Below, piece after piece: positions 36,462-47,733 of a DNA stretch of 64,000 bases. Positions within the stretch are counted from its first letter, which is position 1, and every line of letters starts with the position of its first letter. The notes beneath the pieces were generated by a model, which searched no databases, had not been told where the DNA came from, and was given only the letters and a program-made list of their open reading frames with translations. The stretch is from Gekko japonicus (Eukaryota): assembly GCF_001447785.1 (NCBI RefSeq), contig NW_015161978.1:411483-475482 (forward strand), in the 5' to 3' direction. The translations under genes and the position numbers were made by a program.

Positions 36462-37939
36462 CTAAGGACAGTTTCTTGACACTTTCTCTAAGCTAAAACT
36501 CTTCCATCATGTGGGGGCTACCACCAAAATTATTAACTTATAAACAGAAATTAGCAGAGTGGTGCTCCTTTCATATAAGGTGAGGGGAGAAAAAGAACTA
36601 GATTCATTATCATGGTAAGTTTCTAGGCAGAATGCAGAGTACACAACTCTTTCATATACCTTTTGGAATAAGGCCAGTTTTTGTATGGGCAAAAGTCAAA
36701 AGGTTCTTTACATAAACAACAATAAATCTAGCACACATCGGAATTTTAAGAAACCATGGTTTAAGAAGCCCAGACCTGTCAACGAGTTTACCACTTCTTC
36801 AGAAAAAATACTGCTATAAAGCTTCACAAATAAGTTTGATTGCTTGTTGGTTACAGGATACAGGCACGAACTCCTCTAACAACTTTTAGTACCAAAAGAA
36901 CTTCGCAGAAATTTATGCCTCATTCCCAGCATTTTAAAATGCCGAAATCTGTTCACTGTGACATCAAAATGTCTTACACTGCAGACAGACTGCTATGTCA
37001 AGCAGTGTGGAATCTTAATTACAATATATCCATCAAAACTAATGCTGATAGGCCATTCATATCCATTCATTCAACACTTTACTCACAAACATGAAAAATA
37101 CAACTCCTTGTGCCTACAGATTGAAAAGTGACAGCAGTTAAGCCAGTAATGTACCACCAGATAATATAAATGGTCCACAGCAAAAATTAAAATAGTGTAA
37201 ACAAGGCCAGGAAAGGCTAAAACGGACATGAAAGGGCCCATTTCACACAAGGCATCTTCTTCAGTTATTTCACGGCACTTAAATTTGAGCACTTTGCAGT
37301 GATATTTATATTCTTTTATTTATGATTTAAATGGGCAGATAAGCATCCAAGAAGGGACACCTGAGAAGGTAAAAAAGAAAAGCAAAACACCTGTAACTAT
37401 TTTTTTTGTATGACAGGTCTATTTAGCAACCATAAGGAAGAGCTGTGTGATTCAAGCTGTGATCGTAGAGGCACGTGATCAAGTCCCATTTATCTCAATG
37501 GGACGTACTCATGGGTAAGCACGTTCATGATCACAGTCTAAGTCCCATTAGTACAAAGGCAGATAACACTATCAGCACACTACACCTGTTGTATACAGCC
37601 AAGAGAAGAAACCCCTCGACTTAATTTACTGACCCAAAAACCCAGCAGCAGTTCTGTTGAAATTGAACAGTTTCTTGCAATTTTATCCTTTAATTGAGAG
37701 GCCACCATGTGGCAAGATTCCAGGACCTTTGCTTAGGCTGTTTATCTTCTTCTATTATCATGTCACAGTATTGCTGGCCAAAAGGGGGGGGAAATCATAT
37801 TGTGATTTAAAGTGAAATCAGCTGATGCAGCCTCCTTACATTTCCTCTCCCCTCTAATCTCTTTTTCTTTACTGAAATGCTTGCAAAGAACTATTCATCG
37901 CTGCACTGCAATATACAAAGAAATCTGGACATAAAAGTG

Positions 37940-38350
37940 TGCGCCAGATTGTGCGGCATCCTTCCTTCTGGTCTCCTGAAAAGCCTTCTGTAACGGTCCC
38001 TGGATTATAATTCGGATTTGGCCAGTACATTTACACGGGCTCTTGCGATACCCAGGTTCACAATCTGGCACGTTCCTCCTGACCTGGTCAGATACTTGCT
38101 GCCATAGCGTGGCCCTTCCGCTGCCTCTCAAAACATGCGGTAGGCTCAGCAAAGCAATCTGAAGCAATCCTTGCACAGCTGAGTATGTCACCATGCTGCC
38201 TCCCCTCGCCCCAACATGGCGCGATCCTGAAACAACCCACCTACATCCAGGGATAATCAATCTGCTCCTATTTATAGCTCTTCCAAGAACACTATGAATG
38301 TGATACATAGAAGGGAACGCTGAACAGAAAGAGAGAGGAAAAAATGACAC
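37940..38350 (-). promoter_or_regulatory. Candidate promoter/enhancer or alternative first exon
   Basis: Unique, CpG-retaining sequence. MEF2/TATA site CTATAAATAG (38268-38277), YY1-like CGCCATGTT, E-box CAGCTG, ATG at 38194 and possible donor CAG|GTCAGG at 38084. Confidence 0.35.
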
Positions 38351-40667
38351 CCAAGAAAAAATACACAAGACCTGAACTGGCTCCCCAAAGGAGCCAGTTC
38401 ACACACACAGAGGAGCAGCAAAAAGAAGGCAAGAGCAGCAGCACTGGAATGTCCTGCCTTTTACCCTGCCACACTTGCCTGCTGCACTGAGGTGCCCAGG
38501 CTACGGCTCCATGTTAGAACAGGATCAGCATATTGCTAAATGTGCCATTCCAGAACACCTTCACCAACAAAATGTAATTTGTGAAGCATGAGGCAAAAAG
38601 AAACAATTAAGACTCCTCCCACATTCATTACCTAGCTTGCTCAGATCACATGCTAGCATCCGTTTTCTTTGATCTGCTTGCCCCAGGCAGGGGACCACTG
38701 CCAGCCATAGTTACACTGGAGGAGGCTCAAACCCTTTGTTTTCTTGCATAGTCTAATATGACAAAGTCTGCGTACCCCGTCCTAACCACATCACAGAAAA
38801 GGCTGCAGTTCTTTGCTGCTTGTATTCCCCTAGGTGCCTCCCAAAGAAAAAACAAACCCACATTTTGGTGCAATCATTAAACTAATAATTTCAATGATTT
38901 TGCAGCAAAAAGACCTTTCAAAATACATGCTACAGTTCAGAGCAGATAAAACCCAAAACTACTGCTGTTTGTCTATGTGGTATTAAAAACAAATAGTAAA
39001 ACACTCTGGCTACTGTTCTCTATTCTTCTATTAATAAGTGCATTACCTAAGTAGTATTTTTGAGCAAATTCTTATAAGAAGGTAAGAGGTAGGGAAGGTG
39101 TCTGAATCTGTACCTGTTATATAGAAAACATATGTCAAAACAAAACAAAAACGTTTTGCATGTGATATCATATCCCATGTGAACATTTTTGATGGACATA
39201 AAAACGAGCTTGAGAACATCAACTGAAACTTTTTCTTATTAAAAAAATCCATTTTTTGTTTATGAAAAGAAGACTACACAGTGTTACACAAGAAAACTTG
39301 GTCTTAGGGTTCCAATGACAAGCCACTTGAGCTATACATTTGTGGTTTATAATGCCACCAGTTCTCTCTATGGAATTATATATACAATACATGATACGCT
39401 ATAATACATAACGTAAGTACCTAATATAGCCCTATAAATTACAGGCTTTTACAGCTTTGCATTTTACAATACAATGTCTCACACAGACACAGGCATGCAC
39501 ACACAGCAATGATACAGTATCCTGCCACAAGACACGGTATCTGTACTTGAGCTCCAAGAAAATCTTGTATAGCGGCACAAAAGCAACAGCAAGACACACA
39601 GATGCATGCACACCAAATCAGAACTAGATTCTAAAAAAAGAAAAAACATTATACATCTCAGAGAATGGTAGGAAATGGAAGTCTAAGAGAATGTGGATTA
39701 CAATGGCAGAGTTGGCTGCACAGGTAGCACAACCTGCACTGCACTTCCACATGGGAGATTCCAAGCTAGAATCTGTACTCAGGGGACAGGGCAAAGGGTG
39801 CTTCCCGTCACTGAGCAGCATCCCCTGCAGAAAATTATGGAGCAGCACTGATCATCTTCTCTGGGATTCCTCTCCAGATCTCAGTGTGTGGAAGGATGAT
39901 GTAGCAGTGCTCTCATTACGCTCCAATGGCTAAAAGGTACAGGTGGGGAAGAAGGCAGGTAAGGGATCCTTGGTATTTCAGAATGGATCTGTCTCTTAAA
40001 GGCTGGCAAAAACAATAACTGAAAAATGCCAGCACTTTAATTCTATATCTTAATGTAATTTAGCAGATATAAATATATGGAAAATACATAACCTTGCATC
40101 TCTTCTGTCATCATCATGAAACACAAAGATACATGCCTGACATGCTTTTAATAACAGGATCCAAATATAAAGTACAACAACCACAATTGCCTTATCAGTG
40201 AAACATCTTACGAAATATCTTGCCTTCAGAGAAAGCTAATTCCCTATGGTGCGACCAGAAACATCCAAACCAGCACTAACAGAGCATTCCAATTTCCTGT
40301 CATTACCTTCCAGCTTCTGGTAGTCTGAAGTTCTGGGTTGTTGCTCTGCATGAGTTTAACCAATAGCCACTGATGAGTCCTCATCGTCCGTATGTGTTTA
40401 ATCATTTTCTAAAACCAATAAAACTATTTTCGAAAAACAATAAAACATTCCTATGTGTTTAAATATGGATATTAAAATATTCTTGAAGATAATTACATTT
40501 TTTTCTCTGTATCTGTAAACATTCATACTATACATCTAAAAATTGACTGCTTTCCTCTAAATATTGTTCATGAAATTACGTACATAAATACCACTACTGG
40601 ACCAGGACTCCACATTAGCAGCTTCAGGATCAGGTGGTCCAAAGATGCTAATTTATTTCTCTAGTTG

Positions 40668-42239
40668 TGTGGGATAGTTTTCATCTTGTGCAGTTTGAGG
40701 CTGTAGAGAGGATTCTTGGAAATCTGAGACCTAACACCTGTTTGTAAGACCCCTTGCCTCTCCTGACTGCTTAAATCTGCTGGGGGGGGGCAGCTGGCAG
40801 ACTGGGTCCAGAAGACAGTAAATNNNNNNNNNNNNNNNNNNNNNNNNNNNNNNNNNNNNNNNNNNNNNNNNNNNNNNNNNNNNNNNNNNNNNNNNNNNNN
40901 NNNNNNNNNNNNNNNNNNNNNNNNNNNNNNNNNNNNNNNNNNNNNNNNNNNNNNNNNNNNNNNNNNNNNNNNNNNNNNNNNNNNNNNNNNNNNNNNNNNN
41001 NNNNNNNNNNNNNNNNNNNNNNNNNNNNNNNNNNNNNNNNNNNNNNNNNNNNNNNNNNNNNNNNNNNNNNNNNNNNNNNNNNNNNNNNNNNNNNNNNNNN
41101 NNNNNNNNNNNNNNNNNNNNNNNNNNNNNNNNNNNNNNNNNNNNNNNNNNNNNNNNNNNNNNNNNNNNNNNNNNNNNNNNNNNNNNNNNNNNNNNNNNNN
41201 NNNNNNNNNNNNNNNNNNNNNNNNNNNNNNNNNNNNNNNNNNNNNNNNNNNNNNNNNNNNNNNNNNNNNNNNNNNNNNNNNNNNNNNNNNNNNNNNNNNN
41301 NNNNNNNNNNNNNNNNNNNNNNNNNNNNNNNNNNNNNNNNNNNNNNNNNNNNNNNNNNNNNNNNNNNNNNNNNNNNNNNNNNNNNNNNNNNNNNNNNNNN
41401 NNNNNNNNNNNNNNNNNNNNNNNNNNNNNNNNNNNNNNNNNNNNNNNNNNNNNNNNNNNNNNNNNNNNNNNNNNNNNNNNNNNNNNNNNNNNNNNNNNNN
41501 NNNNNNNNNNNNNNNNNNNNNNNNNNNNNNNNNNNNNNNNNNNNNNNNNNNNNNNNNNNNNNNNNNNNNNNNNNNNNNNNNNNNNNNNNNNNNNNNNNNN
41601 NNNNNNNNNNNNNNNNNNNNNNNNNNNNNNNNNNNNNNNNNNNNNNNNNNNNNNNNNNNNNNNNNNNNNNNNNNNNNNNNNNNNNNNNNNNNNNNNNNNN
41701 NNNNNNNNNNNNNNNNNNNNNNNNNNNNNNNNNNNNNNNNNNNNNNNNNNNNNNNNNNNNNNNNNNNNNNNNNNNNNNNNNNNNNNNNNNNNNNNNNNNN
41801 NNNNNNNNNNNNNCGTTGTCAGCAAGCTGCCATTCTGTTTTCTGTGACCTCTGTGTACATATCCTTTCCCTGTTGCACCCGGCTTGTTTTCTATCATCCT
41901 GCTCCTGCGTTGGAATGCACAAGATAACTGCTGGAGGTTGTGTGGGGGAGAAGATGCTGTAATGCTTGCCTATTGCTTTTCTCATGAGTCCTGCACCTGT
42001 GTTTTGTCTGATGTTCTGCCTGGTTCCCATGGACTGGGCGCGCAACCGTTTCATTAGCCCGCCAGCGGGAATGCTATTCATTGGATCTGTATCTGTTTGA
42101 ATTTCCTTTATTATGCTCGCCCTAACTGTGTATCCCCAGTTCTAACAAAGAACGTGTTTGAGTATGTCTTCAACGCTTTGAAATAAATTTTGCTTTTCTT
42201 GAAAACGTGGATTTATTCTCGATGCTTGGGGATCCAACA
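40668..42239 (+). mobile_element. Probable LTR spanning an assembly gap
   Basis: TGTGGGAT...GATCCAACA ends and AATAAA near 42182; no TSD found. Confidence 0.4.
40824..41813. other. Assembly gap (other gaps: 45601-45799, 55881-56420, 56623-56962, 57000-57131, 59456-59699, 62085-62389)
   Basis: Runs of N. Confidence 1.
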
Positions 42240-44160
42240 AAGAGCTGAATAACTACCATCCTGTCCCAAATAGAACATTGTTGAGCAAGGTAACTGAACA
42301 AGTGGTGGCTGGCCAGCTTCAAGGATTCCTGAATGAAGTGGATTGTTTGGATCCATTCCAGTTACTAGGTAGAGAGTTCCACCAGGCTGGGGCCAGGCCC
42401 AAAATGGTTTTGATCTTCCAAACATAAAGCTGTTTGTTGGATATACTGGGAGAGGCGGTCTTGTAGGTACGTTGGTCCCTGACTGTTAAGGACTTTAAAG
42501 GTCAAAACCAGGACCTTGAAGCGGATCTGGTACTCAACTTGGAGCCAGTGCAGTTGGCAAATGTGTGCAGTCATAGAGGTACCTGGAAGTACCTGTGCCT
42601 CTGCATTTGGTAAAAGCTGCAATTTCAGGATCATCCTCAAGGGTAGCCCTACATAAAGCAAGTTACAGTAATCTAGTCTTGAGGTGACCTTTGTGTGGAT
42701 CACTGTGGCAAGTTCAGGGTTAGAGAGGTAGGAGGCAAGTTGCCTAACCTGGTGAAGTTGGGAAAATGCTAGCCTGGCAACATGTGCTATCTGAGCCTCC
42801 ACACCTGGACCAAGACAGATTGGCACTGCCGATTCTTCTTGCCCTGTTGGCAGCATTCAATATGGTTGACCATGAGTTGTTAACCCACCGTCTCACCAAT
42901 GCCAGGATACGGGAACTTGCCTTGCAGTGGCTGGCCTCCTTCCTCCAGGGTCTGGGACAGAGGGTAGCACTTGGGGGGGGGGAGTTATCCCAACGGCATC
43001 CACTTGAATGTGGAGTCCCTCAGAGAGCGATTCTCTCCCCCATGATGTTCAATATCTATATGCACCCCCTCACCCAGATTATCTGGAGATATGGGCTGGG
43101 TTGTCATCATTATGCGGATGACACCCAGCTCTATCTACTGATGGACGGGCACCCGGACATGGCCCCACGACACCTGGACGAGGTGTTACAGGCTGTGGCT
43201 AGATGGTTACGACAGAGCTGACTGAAGCAAAATCCATCTAAGATGGAGGTCCTGTACCTGAGTCACGGGGGATTGGGCCAGGGGATTAGGCTGCCAACCT
43301 TCCATGCTGCTCCACTGGGAGTGTTCCTGGATGCCTCCCTTTCCATGGAGGCCTAGGTCACTGCCACCGCCAGGTCTTCCTTTTTTCTATTTGAGACAGA
43401 TCAGGCAGTAAGCCCCATCTCTCACTCCCCGAGACCTAACTACAGTGACCCATGCAATGGTTACTTCCAGACTGGATTATTGTAACTCTGTCTATGTGGG
43501 GCTGCCCTTGACTCTGCTCCGGAAGTTGCAGCCAGTGCAGAATGCGGCAGCACAGGTGTTGATGGCGACGCCTGTGTGGGCTCATATCCACCCAGTGCTG
43601 CGTGAACTGCACTGGCTGCCTATTGAATTCTGGATCCATTTCAAGGTGCTCGTGCTTACCTTTAAAGCCCTATATGGCCAGGGGCCAGCATACCTACAAG
43701 ACCATATGAGCCCCAGAGGGCACTAAGGTCCACAAATCAACATTTCTTGGTGGTCGCCAGTCCCAGGGACGTTCGATTGGCCTCAACCAGGGCCAGGGCC
43801 TTTTTGGCCCCGGCCCGCGTCTGGTGGAATGACCTCCCCTATGAGATCAGGGCCCTGTGGGACTTATTGCAGTTCCACAGGGCCTGCAAGATGGAGCTCT
43901 TCCACCGGGCATTTGGTTGAAGCAGTGGATGTCCCCCCCAGCTTCTGGCCAATCACCCACCAGTGGTCTGGATCTGATTAGACACCAGATTTGATCTAAC
44001 ATCTGATCTCTCCCCTTTTACATGGTATTCTATGATACAATTCGGTGCAAATTTTTATCTTAACATTGTTTTAATTGTATTATTTGAATTGTACATCTGC
44101 CCTGAGCCCATTTGGGGAGGGTGGGATAAATCAAATAAATAAATAAAATAATTAATTAAT
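42240..44160 (+). mobile_element. L2 LINE, 5'-truncated, interrupted by an inverted L2 fragment at 42365-42810
   Basis: NNYHPVPN..LDPFQ, then AAFNMVDH, GVPQRAILSP, YADDTQLY, SRLDYCN and LHWLP; (TAAA)n tail near 44130-44160. Confidence 0.9.
42365..42810 (-). mobile_element. L2 ORF2 C-terminal fragment (inverted)
   Basis: TSRLDYCNLLYVGLP and QLHWLQVEYQIRFKVLVLTFK. Confidence 0.88.
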
Positions 44161-44164
44161 AAAG

Positions 44165-44432
44165 AAGAGTCCAGGAGTGTGCCCAAGCTCTTAACGGTCG
44201 GCGCTGTTATTAGTGGTGCACTGTCAAGCACTGGGAGTTGACACCCCAACCTCAGGTCACTCCCTCCCAGATACAGGATCTCTGTTTTTGATGGGTTCAG
44301 TTCCAACCGACTCCGCCTCAACCATTCAGCCACAGCCTCCAGACCCTCAGCCAGGTTAAGTGGGGCAGTAGCCACCCACCCACCCATCAACAGGTATAGC
44401 TGGGTGTCATAAGCATACTGATGACAGCCCAA
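44165..44432 (-). mobile_element. L2 RT fragment
   Basis: GCHQYAYDTQLY and RLELNPSKTEIL. Confidence 0.85.
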
Positions 44433-45799
44433 AAGTTAAACGAAGCCTTAAATGTGATGCATCTCAAAAACAGCTAGGCCAACAACAATGTCCCAAAGAC
44501 TGCAACCCATAAACCCAGTCCTAGAGATTACAACAACAGACTCCTGAACTACAGAAGTGAATAATTAGTTAGATGAAATTCGTGCTGGCAAAATTAAGGA
44601 AAGGAAATTGCTATTGCTGGTTTTAAGATCCAAGAATGTGTTACCCAAATGAGGCTGACACATTAGCTTTTTAAATGAACAGAGCATAAGTTACCTTTGT
44701 CATTACAAAACAGAAACAAAGCAAAACAGAACATGGAAATAAATGCATACACATCTGTGCAAACGTTGTTAGTTAAACTTGACTACTCTGATAATTTGCA
44801 AGCTAAGTGCTGAGAAACAATTTCAGTCAAAACACAATGAGAATCCAACAGAATCTTTTGAAACAAGTGACTAAGATGAAGATACTGCTTAGTGATATCT
44901 GGACTCTGGAGCCAGATGGGGCTCCTGAAGCTTGTCCCACAACCATCACAAAGGTGGAGCAATGAGGTGCGGCTACAGCCCCACAGTGGGGATGAAAGGA
45001 GGGCACAGGGCTTACCTTTGGCTCCAGAGGTAAGGCTTGAGGTTAGTGCAGCTTTGGGGCTAGGCTTCCTCAGGGTGGCAGAAACAGGTGGCGAGCTGGG
45101 AATGCATTGGCTTTAAACTCTGGCAGGCGAGAAACCAAAGCTACTGCCTCCACAGCCAGTGGTGGCCTGAGGGGATTAGGCCAGGGAGAAGGCAAGAGCA
45201 CAACTGCCCACAAGAGGATGTTGACAGTTCGTATGCTTATTCTAGGGATGGGAAGCAACACTCAGGATTGGCTGGTTCCCCACAAACCAGAGAAAGGGTG
45301 AGTGATTTGCAGGGTCCATGAGGAGCTATTTAAGCTCCTCCAGCCCACAGACAAGGAGGAAATGGCTGGGGTTATTCTTGTTTCCACACAGCTAGTTCAG
45401 AGAGAACAGGAGCATTTTGATGGGAGGAGGTGAATCCAGGTAAAGATTCAAACTACTCCCATCTGAGGCCTCTGCAGGGGAGGATGGTGAACTCTGTATG
45501 CCCTCTGGTGGCCTCATCTTTGAGGAGATGGATGTGACCTTTGCACAAAGACCGAACAGTCATGGATCTTTAGATGGCTTTCCCTTTGCTCTGGCTAGCA
45601 NNNNNNNNNNNNNNNNNNNNNNNNNNNNNNNNNNNNNNNNNNNNNNNNNNNNNNNNNNNNNNNNNNNNNNNNNNNNNNNNNNNNNNNNNNNNNNNNNNNN
45701 NNNNNNNNNNNNNNNNNNNNNNNNNNNNNNNNNNNNNNNNNNNNNNNNNNNNNNNNNNNNNNNNNNNNNNNNNNNNNNNNNNNNNNNNNNNNNNNNNNN

Positions 45800-46981
45800 C
45801 GTAAAATCAATGCCCAGGCCAAACCGCTGGACCTAGAGACACCAAATTTGGGGAGAGTGCTCCTACCATGGTGTAGGTGCTCGCTAAGAAGGGATTTTTA
45901 GAAATTCGACCACCTAAGTAGGTCAAAAGGGGGGAAATGTGCTCCCCCCATTGATTTCTATGCAGCTGCCAGACAGCTGCCTCTCTGCACCCCCACTCTC
46001 TGGTCAGCTGAAGAGCTCAGTGTTCTGAGGTAAAAAAAACCCCAACAGTTACAGGGGGCTGCAGAGAGCTAATGACAGTTGAGGAAATCAGGAGTGGCCT
46101 GTGAGGTGAAGCAAAGCTGCTGGCCCAGCCTCTCTGATGGCTTCCAACACACTACCCCCACCTCCTACACCTAACAGGCGGTTGTCTGTCAGATGCAGCA
46201 GTGGTTGCAGGGTACTTAAAGCCACGAGGGAGCCTGCCCCAGCAGTAACGCCTTAGTGATCCTGCCAGCCCTGCCTCCACAGTGGCACAGCCTCCCCGAT
46301 GCCTTTAAATACAATCCCCCCAGCAACAGACAGGTGTAGGAGCAGGGCCAGGATATGAATGTTTATGGGGAGATAGTAAAGGACATTTTAAGGAGCCATT
46401 TCGATGCATGCCTCCCTCATGAACCTGAAGAAATGTCCACCGCATCACCACTCCCTCACACCAACTCCCCCTCACACCTCTCACCTCTTACTGCCCCCAA
46501 GAAAGCTCCTGGCAAACGTCGAGACAGATACACCAACACTACAAGGAGGAGGCAACTTAGGAATGTGGCAAAGACATTTGCACATAGTACTCCTGCAGTG
46601 CACTGAGCTGCACAGGCCAAGTACCAGCAGGATCACCCCGAGGTGCTCAGAACAACACAGTCTCCATATGAGCAAAACAATCCAGGAACACAAGTAGAGA
46701 GGCCATCACTTTCGTGGAAGGTAGCAGGAGCTGACTTAACAGATGACTGCTTCTTAAATGGACAGTTCTATGTCGCCTGCTCCAGAGTGAGCTCATCAAG
46801 CAGCCTGGTGATCCTAGCACCTGAGGGCAGAACCACCAATGTGGTCTAGAGAGAGGTTCTTCAGTACAAAAAAAGAAAAGTACATGTATCTCACTTAATT
46901 TCTTACACTACAATCTTCTCTGTTAGAATTCCTACAACAAAGGTCACATTTCAAATTTCACATCATCAGTATTATAACTAG
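45800..46981 (+). mobile_element. Internally deleted Helitron (5' end lies in the gap)
   Basis: PIF1-type helicase C-terminus KVAGADLTDDCFLNGQFYVACSRVSS..TTNVV*REVL (46705-46865); basic N-terminal peptide PKKAPGKRR; Helitron-like 5' subterminal AAACCGCTGGACC..ACCAAATTTGG. The 3' boundary (CTAG at 46978-46981) is tentative. Confidence 0.8.
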
Positions 46982-47353
46982 ATTTACGGAACTTAAATAG
47001 TGAGTGATAAAAACAAGAGGAGGAAGCCACTCTGAGAAACAGCCATTTTATTTTGCTGGTATCCCAATAGATGAAAAGTATTTTTAAAGTATTTTCTGAG
47101 AGAGTTTAATTGCTTCAAGTGGAACACAAGAATAATCAACCTCGTAGGGCTTATTTCAGCATGGCCCTGTTCCTGTCATCCCTGTGGTTAAGTAGCAGAA
47201 TGTAACATCAACACTTTCTGCATGTTTTATGAAGACAGAAGAAATTTCAGAGATTTTGTATTATATCCCTTTGCTGATTATGTTGGGTCATTCCCAGACC
47301 ACTGTGTATATCTACTGAAATATGAACTCCACCCGCTTGAGAAACAACCATCT

Positions 47354-47447
47354 TATAAGTTTACAGGATGAAAAAAAGCTGAATCCAGAATCTCTGCTCT
47401 ATAAGTTTACAGGATGAAAAAAAGCTGAATCCAGAATCTCTGCTCTA
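47354..47447. repeat. Exact 46-bp tandem duplication
   Basis: TATAAGTTTACAGGATGAAAAAAAGCTGAATCCAGAATCTCTGCTC x2. Confidence 0.95.
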
Positions 47448-47733
47448 CATTCAGCCCGCCTCAATCTTTAATTCTTCCCCTTAAACTTGTAAAATAACCA
47501 AGAGGTCAGAAAGTCTGCAGAGGTTGTTATGTCAAGATAAACGATTATACAAATGGAGTAACCACTAGCAGAGCCACTTTCCTCTGGTGCAAGAAACTTC
47601 CCCTGACACAAGGACCTCTTGGATCAGGGGAAGACTCTGCACAAGATAGAGGCACCTCCACTTGTGAAGCAGTTCCATAGCATCCAACTCATGATCTCCT
47701 AGAGCAATCAGAATCACCACCTTTTGCCACATA

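Larger units (their letters stand above)
34577..36481 (-). mobile_element. Solo LTR (about 750 bp net) carrying two nested insertions
   Basis: TGTCAA...TTGACA termini; 5-bp TSD CTTTC (34572-34576 and 36482-36486); minus-strand AATAAA near 35532. Confidence 0.8.

Noticed and set aside
44890-45600. Possible LTR fragment before the gap
   Set aside because: GC-rich with a TATTTAA motif, but no definable termini or TSD.
46643-46865. Host PIF1 helicase exon
   Set aside because: In-frame stop, no splice context, and Helitron-type flanking sequence.
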